Assembly (NCBI GenBank): GCA_964368785.1
Contig: CAYJCW010000003.1
Coordinates: 71,704 to 135,703 of the forward strand
Length of the DNA: 64,000 nt
Source: an uncultured Candidatus Saccharibacteria bacterium
GTDB taxonomy: Bacteria; Patescibacteriota; Saccharimonadia; Saccharimonadales; Saccharimonadaceae
Direction: 5' to 3'
Shown: positions 58,286 to 64,000 of the stretch, piece after piece
Numbering within the stretch: position 1 is the stretch's first letter
How the letters are laid out: every line of letters begins with the position of its first letter
Notes under the pieces: model-generated
Databases searched by the model: none
What the model was told of the DNA's origin: nothing
What the model saw: only the letters and a program-made list of their open reading frames with translations
Position numbers and translations under genes: made by a program

Positions 58286-59302
58286 ATGGCTACACGCAAC
58301 CGGATACGCAGAAGAGACATGGCCGCAATCGGCAGCATACTTGCTGCGCTGCTGCTCTTGGCGGTGATTATGCTAAGTATGCATATGGGTGCCCTGCGGT
58401 CTCGAATAGCCCAGCTCGAGCTCAAGTTGAGCGCCACTGAAAAGCAGGTGATGCTTCAACGCAACGCTTTTTGTTCCGACGCCTACACCTATCGGGCGGG
58501 GAATATGACGACCCGCCATACTATTGACGTTGACGGCCAGCTGCGGAACTACATTGTACATACACCACTCCATTATGACCCGAGCGTTCGGTATCCGGTG
58601 ATATTGAGTTTTGATGGCATCGACGGCAGCGGTAGCCAAATGGAGGAATATTCTGGTCTTAATAGCTTGCCGGCGCTTGTCGTGTACCCCGACTCGTTGC
58701 CAGGAATCCAAGGTTTTACTGCCTGGCAAGGAGCGCCTTACTCATTGCAAGGCGATTATGATATTCAGTTCGTGCGTCAACTCCTCGACACTCTCCCGTC
58801 GCAGTACTGTGCTGATAGCGCAAACATCTTTGCTGTGGGGATGTCTAACGGTGGGGGCTTTGCTGTTCTTGCGGGGTGCGCGCTTTCTGGGCAGATTAAG
58901 GCTATTGCGAGTGTCTCTGGCGCCTATTACACTCCATGCCAAAATACAAAGCGGCAGCCATCGCTCCTTCTTATACATGGTATGCGTGATCAGCAGGTTC
59001 CCTTTGAAGGCTCAACCCGCAAACGGTTGCCAAAGGTGCTTTATTGGGCCGAGCAGCAGGCAAAGGCACGTCATTGCCGAGCGGCCACAAAAGTGGCAAA
59101 AGATGCAAGCGACACAAAAGATGCTGCCACACGGCGTTACGTGTGGTATGGTTGCGTGAACGACTCAACTGTACGCCTGATTGTATTCCGCGACCAAGAG
59201 CACGGTTGGCTCATGAAGCCTCAAAAGTTCAGAAGTGCATCCGAGAAGCCGCAGAGCGTGACCAGATATATTTGGGAATTTTTTCAGGGGGAGGCAGGGT
59301 GA
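58286..59302 (+). CDS. membrane-anchored alpha/beta hydrolase (PHB depolymerase/LpqC-like esterase)
   Basis: N-terminal TM, VVYPD, D..F, GMSNGG nucleophile elbow, IHGMRD, EHGW. Confidence 0.85.
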   Translation: MATRNRIRRRDMAAIGSILAALLLLAVIMLSMHMGALRSRIAQLELKLSATEKQVMLQRNAFCSDAYTYRAGNMTTRHTIDVDGQLRNYIVHTPLHYDPSVRYPVILSFDGIDGSGSQMEEYSGLNSLPALVVYPDSLPGIQGFTAWQGAPYSLQGDYDIQFVRQLLDTLPSQYCADSANIFAVGMSNGGGFAVLAGCALSGQIKAIASVSGAYYTPCQNTKRQPSLLLIHGMRDQQVPFEGSTRKRLPKVLYWAEQQAKARHCRAATKVAKDASDTKDAATRRYVWYGCVNDSTVRLIVFRDQEHGWLMKPQKFRSASEKPQSVTRYIWEFFQGEAG

Positions 59303-59496
59303 TGCGCGGGCGGAATTGCTTTTTCCAGATAAATCTGCTAAACTAAGTAAGATAACAAATTGCGAGTGAAATCAGGGAGATTTTGCGAGGTATTGTCTAT
59401 CCTAAAGCCAGTGCAAGGCACTGTTGCCCAAGGCAGATGATACAAAGCCTTAGAAACAAAAATCCCTATCTTGCTTGCCATAACGAAAGGTAAGAC

Positions 59497-60030
59497 ATGA
59501 GTCGAATCGGAAAACTACCTATTGACGTACCAGCTGGTGTGACAATTACGGTCGGCGAGAGTGAAATTACTGTCGAGGGTGCCAAAGGCAAGCTCGTTGT
59601 ACCTCACCTCAGCGACGTAACCGTCACTGTTGACGCGGGTGTGGCAACGGTAACACGTAAAGATGACGAGCGTATCGCCAAGGCCCAACATGGCCTTCAG
59701 CGTGCGCTTCTTAACAACGCCGTTGTTGGCGTTACCCAGGGCTACGAAAAGAAGCTCGAAGTAAACGGAGTCGGGTTCCGCGTAGAAGGCGGCGGCCAAG
59801 AAATTAAGTTGGCTCTCGGGTTCTCGCACCCTGTTACGTACAAGGCAGGCGAGGGTGTGCAACTTGAAGTAAATAAAATGGAAATCACTGTAAAGGGTAT
59901 CGACAAGCAACTTGTTGGCCAAACCGCAGCCGAAATCCGCGCTCTCAAGAAGCCTGAGCCGTACAAGGGCAAGGGTATTAAATACGCTGATGAAGTTATT
60001 CTTCGTAAAGCAGGAAAGGCAGGGAAGTAA
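59497..60030 (+). CDS. rplF: 50S ribosomal protein L6
   Basis: MSRIGKLPI, LGFSHP, PEPYKGKGI. Confidence 0.98.
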   Translation: MSRIGKLPIDVPAGVTITVGESEITVEGAKGKLVVPHLSDVTVTVDAGVATVTRKDDERIAKAQHGLQRALLNNAVVGVTQGYEKKLEVNGVGFRVEGGGQEIKLALGFSHPVTYKAGEGVQLEVNKMEITVKGIDKQLVGQTAAEIRALKKPEPYKGKGIKYADEVILRKAGKAGK

Positions 60031-60032
60031 TC

Positions 60033-60386
60033 ATGGCAAGTCTTGACAAGAAGATTCTTAACCGTAGCCTTCGTGCTGCACGGGTACGCGCTAAGGTAAG
60101 TGGCACCGCCGAGCGTCCACGCCTTACCGTCACCATTAGTAACAAGCATATTACTGCACAACTCATTGATGATGTGAAGCAACACACTATCGTCGCTGCA
60201 ACTACCGTTGGCATTAAGCAAGCCGGTACAATGACCGAGCAAGCTGCGGCTATTGGTATGGAAATTGCTAAGAAGGCGAAAAAAGCAAAAATCACCTCAA
60301 TCGTGTTCGACCGTAACGGTCGCCAGTACGCACAACGTCTTGCAGCCCTCGCCGATGCTGCTCGTAAGGAAGGACTAGAGTTTTAA
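60033..60386 (+). CDS. rplR: 50S ribosomal protein L18
   Basis: RPRLTV..SNKHITAQ, FDRNG, ARKEGLEF. Confidence 0.97.
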   Translation: MASLDKKILNRSLRAARVRAKVSGTAERPRLTVTISNKHITAQLIDDVKQHTIVAATTVGIKQAGTMTEQAAAIGMEIAKKAKKAKITSIVFDRNGRQYAQRLAALADAARKEGLEF

Positions 60387-60388
60387 TC

Positions 60389-60967
60389 ATGGCAGAAGTA
60401 CAACGAAACAACGCTCGTGGCGGAAACAATCGTGGCCGCCGCGACCAAGCTCCCGAGGAGCCAAAACAATTTGAAGAACTCGTTATCAACATTGACCGCG
60501 TGTCACGTGTGGTAAAAGGTGGGCGCCGTTTCCGTTTCAAGGCACTCGTGGTTGTGGGTGACCGCAAAAACCGCGTTGGTGTTGGTGTTGCAAAGGGTGC
60601 CGATGTACAGGTGGCTGTACAAAAAGCAACTGATGTAGCAAAGAAAAACCTTATCACCATTCCGATTGTTAACGAAACCATTCCTCATGAAAACGAAGTG
60701 AAGTTCTCTGGTGCACAAGTGCTCCTTAAGCCAGCTGCCCCAGGTACCGGTATCATTGCCGGTGGTGTAGTTCGTTCAATCATTGGGGTAACCGGTATCC
60801 GCAACTTGCTTTCAAAGTCACTTAACTCTACCAATAAGGTAAATATCGCGTACGCTACTATTGAAGCGCTTCGCGGCCTTGTACCAAAAGAAGAGTGGCT
60901 GAACGCTTCACCTCGCAAAACAGCTAAGACCGTAGCGAAGAAAGCGGATGCGAAGGAGGCCAAATAA
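60389..60967 (+). CDS. rpsE: 30S ribosomal protein S5
   Basis: RVSRVVKGGRRFRF, PAAPGTGIIAGG. Confidence 0.98.
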   Translation: MAEVQRNNARGGNNRGRRDQAPEEPKQFEELVINIDRVSRVVKGGRRFRFKALVVVGDRKNRVGVGVAKGADVQVAVQKATDVAKKNLITIPIVNETIPHENEVKFSGAQVLLKPAAPGTGIIAGGVVRSIIGVTGIRNLLSKSLNSTNKVNIAYATIEALRGLVPKEEWLNASPRKTAKTVAKKADAKEAK

Positions 60968-61449
60968 TGACTAAGTACAACGAACTCCTTGCTGGAGCAA
61001 ACAAAGACAAGAAGCGTGTTGGCCGTGGTATTTCAGCGGGCGGTGGTAAGACTGCGGGCCGTGGTACCAAGGGCCAAAATGCACGTACGGGTAAAAAGCT
61101 TCGCGCAACCTTCCAGGGTGGCCAGCGCACACTTGTGCGGGCAGTGCCTAAGGCGCGCGGTTTCAAGAGCCTCCGCACTCCAGCGCAGGTTGTCTACCTC
61201 GATACGCTTAACAGCTTTGAAGGAAAGGCGGTTGATAACGAAGCGCTCTTTCAGCAGGGGTACATCTCAACTCCCTTCCACACGGTAAAGGTTATTACTC
61301 GTGGTGAACTTTCTAAGGCGCTTACTGTAAAAGTTGCTGGTGCAAGTAAATCTTCGCAGGAAGCTATCGTGAAGGCTGGTGGTACCTTTGAAAAGACTGC
61401 CGTGCCTCTAAAGAAGAGTACGAAGGCTGCGGAAGCGGCTGATAAGTAG
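60967..61449 (+). CDS. rplO: 50S ribosomal protein L15 (no rpmD gene before it)
   Basis: RVGRGISAGGGKTAGRGTKGQ, FQGGQ. Confidence 0.97.
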   Translation: MTKYNELLAGANKDKKRVGRGISAGGGKTAGRGTKGQNARTGKKLRATFQGGQRTLVRAVPKARGFKSLRTPAQVVYLDTLNSFEGKAVDNEALFQQGYISTPFHTVKVITRGELSKALTVKVAGASKSSQEAIVKAGGTFEKTAVPLKKSTKAAEAADK

Positions 61450-61456
61450 AGCTTTC

Positions 61457-61497
61457 TTAAATTTGAAGAGCCCCAAGGTGGGGCTCTTCAAATTTAA
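61457..61497. terminator. perfect 18-bp inverted repeat after rplO
   Basis: TTAAATTTGAAGAGCCCC-AAGGT-GGGGCTCTTCAAATTTAA. Confidence 0.8.
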
Positions 61498-61515
61498 TGA
61501 ATCAGAGGGCGATAA

Positions 61516-61544
61516 TTGACAGTATTTAGCGCCTGTGCTACAAT
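61516..61544 (+). promoter_or_regulatory. near-consensus promoter (TTGACA-17-TACAAT, extended -10) firing into the 3' end of the NYN gene
   Basis: TTGACA at 61516-21, TG at 61536-37, TACAAT at 61539-44. Confidence 0.85.
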
Positions 61545-61550
61545 GAAGGC

Positions 61551-61605
61551 ATAAAGACGAAGGCGATCCGAACGGTTAATTACCTAAGGAGGACCTTCTT
61601 TTTTT
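61551..61605 (+). ncRNA. putative sRNA antisense to the NYN gene 3' end
   Basis: Starts ATAAAGACG; GAAGG/CCTTC closing stem followed by T7; no ORF. Confidence 0.6.
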
Positions 61606-62118
61606 GTGTTCAATTTTCTTCTTCACGCTAGAATTATTAAGGTAATCAAAGTATTTTGGTTCCAGGGTTCTGTAAAGTGAAGATGCATACCTCTTATTCG
61701 GGAAAAGAATTTTTTCAAACCGTCTCTCGCTAATCAGGAATTTTACCAGCGATTTATAATCGCCATCACCAGAAACAAGCACAACCTTGTCGAAAGCCTC
61801 TTTGAGATAAAGACGCTTCATTGCATTAAAGATGATGTCAGAGTCGACATTGCCTTTTTTGGTTCCAAGCATTGCACTATTATGCTCACGGAATATAAGT
61901 ATGAAGCCGGCCTTATGAATCGATTCGTATAGCCGGTCATATTCTTCGCCGGATTGGACGTACCCTAGGTAGTAGTAAGCATCTATAACGTGATACTTTT
62001 CTAATAAGTAACGCCGAAATCGTGTTAGGTCAATACTCCATTTAGGGCTACTTTTTGCAGTGCCCATATACAGATTTTGACCATCAATGTATGCGATATT
62101 CTTTACGTTTTCTGGCAT
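61576..62118 (-). CDS. NYN-domain (LabA/DUF88, PIN-like) putative RNase
   Basis: AYIDGQNL, KKGNVDSDI, LVSGDGDY. Confidence 0.9.
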   Translation of the reverse strand: MPENVKNIAYIDGQNLYMGTAKSSPKWSIDLTRFRRYLLEKYHVIDAYYYLGYVQSGEEYDRLYESIHKAGFILIFREHNSAMLGTKKGNVDSDIIFNAMKRLYLKEAFDKVVLVSGDGDYKSLVKFLISERRFEKILFPNKRYASSLYRTLEPKYFDYLNNSSVKKKIEHKKRRSSLGN

Positions 62119-62283
62119 AATAACCTCTAGCTCTATTATATCAGCTTATTCTCAGCATCGTGGTAAAATAAAAAGAAGCAATGCATCTACCCTGACGAGG
62201 TGAAATAGTGTACTATAGAAGAAGAACTTGAGAGTAATCTAATTTCGGGGTAATCTGGAAACCAAAAGGAAGTCTAGCGTCTG

Positions 62284-63696
62284 ATGAACTGGAAAACAAT
62301 CTTCAAATCATTCAAAAATAAGGATATGCAACGGCGCCTGCTTATTGTGCTAGGCTTAATTGTCGTGTACCGTTTGCTGGCGCATGTGCCCATCCCAATG
62401 GCTGAACCAACCCAGTTACGCGAAGTGCTGAATAGCTTGGTGACCGGCAGCGATTTTGGCGGCTTCTTGAACCTTCTTTCGGGGGGTGCGTTGGCGAGCT
62501 TCTCAATTGTATTGGTCGGGCTCACGCCGTTTATTACCGCCTCAATTATTTCCCAGCTGCTTACAAAAGCGATTCCTCGCCTTGAAGAGCTTCACAAAGA
62601 CGGCGAAACGGGTCGTCGTAAAATTAACCAGTGGACTCGTGTTATGACCATTCCGTTGGCAATCGTCCAGTCGATTGCCTTCATCTTCATTCTTCGCCAA
62701 ACCGTACTAGCGGGGAATACTACGGTACTCGCCGACCCAACAGCTATGGAGTGGACCGTTGCCATCACCGCCATGTCGGCCGGTGCGGTGCTGCTTATGT
62801 GGCTCGGTGAGCTTATGACCGAGCAGGGGGTGGGTAATGGTATTAGCCTGCTCATCTTTGCGGGTATTATTAGCCAGCTGCCGTCAATGGTTTCGTCAAT
62901 TGTGCCGGTGCTTTTTGATACATCAGCGGGCGGGTTGGCTGTATTTAACTGGTTTACAATTCCTGTTAATCCGGCTGTTTTTTGGCCGCTGCTTGCAATC
63001 TTGCTGGTGTCGCTCGTTCTATTGTACTTTTTGGTGAAGGTGAACGAAGCGCAGCGTATTATTACTATTAACTATGCTAAGCGGGTGCACGGTAATAGTA
63101 GCTACGGGGGGGTAAAAAGTATTCTACCGGTAAAACTCATCGCTGCAGGGGTGATTCCCGTAATTTTTGCGGTGGCGTTTCTATCGCTTCCCGCCTTTGT
63201 AGGGCAGGTGCTAAAAGCAACCGGCAATCCGGCCTATCTCGAGCTTGCGAATAACCTGATTGTTTGGTTCCAGGCACCAAACCCAGGGGCCTTTACCGGT
63301 ACAGAGCTTCAGGCCTTTATTTACCCAGCCGCCTATTTCCTCTTGGTTATTTTCTTTACCTACTTTTACACGGGCATTGTATTTAACGCCAGCGAAATTG
63401 CCGAAAATCTTCAAAAGCAAGGTGGCTTTATTGAAGGGGTTCGCCCAGGCAAAACCACTGAAAAATACCTGTCTCGAACGGTAAATCGCTTAATCCTTTT
63501 TGGTTCACTAGTGCTTGGTTTTATCGCCATTACTCCATTTATTGCCGAGTACTTGCTCTTCAATATTTCGGGCATTTCGGGGCTTAACTTGGCTATTGGT
63601 GGTACGGGGCTGCTTATTGTAGTAACGGTTGGCCTTGAGGCGCTGCGCCAAATTAATTCGCGTGCCCTTATGGTTACTTACGACGATTACAAGTAA
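62284..63696 (+). CDS. secY: preprotein translocase subunit SecY
   Basis: GLTPFITASII, GVGNGISLLIF, AGVIPVIFA, GFIEGVRPG. Confidence 0.98.
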   Translation: MNWKTIFKSFKNKDMQRRLLIVLGLIVVYRLLAHVPIPMAEPTQLREVLNSLVTGSDFGGFLNLLSGGALASFSIVLVGLTPFITASIISQLLTKAIPRLEELHKDGETGRRKINQWTRVMTIPLAIVQSIAFIFILRQTVLAGNTTVLADPTAMEWTVAITAMSAGAVLLMWLGELMTEQGVGNGISLLIFAGIISQLPSMVSSIVPVLFDTSAGGLAVFNWFTIPVNPAVFWPLLAILLVSLVLLYFLVKVNEAQRIITINYAKRVHGNSSYGGVKSILPVKLIAAGVIPVIFAVAFLSLPAFVGQVLKATGNPAYLELANNLIVWFQAPNPGAFTGTELQAFIYPAAYFLLVIFFTYFYTGIVFNASEIAENLQKQGGFIEGVRPGKTTEKYLSRTVNRLILFGSLVLGFIAITPFIAEYLLFNISGISGLNLAIGGTGLLIVVTVGLEALRQINSRALMVTYDDYK

Positions 63697-63745
63697 AAGG
63701 CTTTACTGTTTATTTCGTTTGGTGTATAATAAACTACTGTAACTT

Positions 63746-63976
63746 ATGGCCAGTACTAAAGAGGTAATCAAGATGAAGGGCAAGGTAGTGGAAGCACTGC
63801 CTAATACCCAATTTAAGGTTGAGCTCGAGAATGGCTTAAGCATCATCGCGCACATAAGCGGAAAAATGCGTAAAAACTATATCCGTTTAGTGCCTGGTGA
63901 TATGGTGGACGTTGAGATGACCCCTTACGACCTTACGAAGGGACGAATCACCTACCGCCACAAAGACCAATTTTAA
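63746..63976 (+). CDS. infA: translation initiation factor IF-1
   Basis: [23 protein letters not shown]-like [10 protein letters not shown]. Confidence 0.98.
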   Translation: MASTKEVIKMKGKVVEALPNTQFKVELENGLSIIAHISGKMRKNYIRLVPGDMVDVEMTPYDLTKGRITYRHKDQF

Positions 63977-64000
63977 CTGGAGGAATTCTTGAGCTCATGA

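Noticed and set aside
60960-60970. Absence of rpmD (and of adk/map after secY) as a novel loss
   Set aside because: Loss of uL30 is an established CPR trait; used only as a taxonomic clue

Overview
The window is chromosomal DNA from a reduced-genome CPR/Patescibacteria organism, most likely Saccharimonadia (TM7). Support for this: standard code 11, no uL30 gene between rpsE and rplO, divergent RpoB/RpoC, and many apparently leaderless genes. Bases 1-20052 are the right part of an integrated defence island that ends at a displaced 3' half of tRNA-Leu(TAG), the likely att site. The island holds an enlarged type III R-M operon (PLD-like/SNF2 helicase, DUF262/GmrSD-like, DUF4391, membrane KAP NTPase, Mod, Res), a DUF2779 / small TM peptide / Zn-ribbon / HAD operon, and an REase-nSTAND3 ATPase. 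From about 22 kb onward is core genome: hisS, tig, clpP with a CIRCE box, rpoBC, the str, S10 and spc ribosomal clusters, secY and infA. Accessory genes are inserted at several operon junctions. The most striking pattern is a recurring cassette of a nuclease-like gene plus a short promoter-driven hairpin RNA. It occurs at the window start, as two tandem covarying copies behind an immunity-less CdiA_C-like PD-(D/E)xK nuclease, and antisense to the 3' end of an NYN RNase gene. These four RNAs are each predicted to start with ATAA(A)G exactly 6 nt after the -10 box. This is a candidate undescribed family of RNA-antitoxin systems. RpoC has also lost the cysteines of both zinc sites. All family assignments come from motif recognition by eye; no database searches were run.
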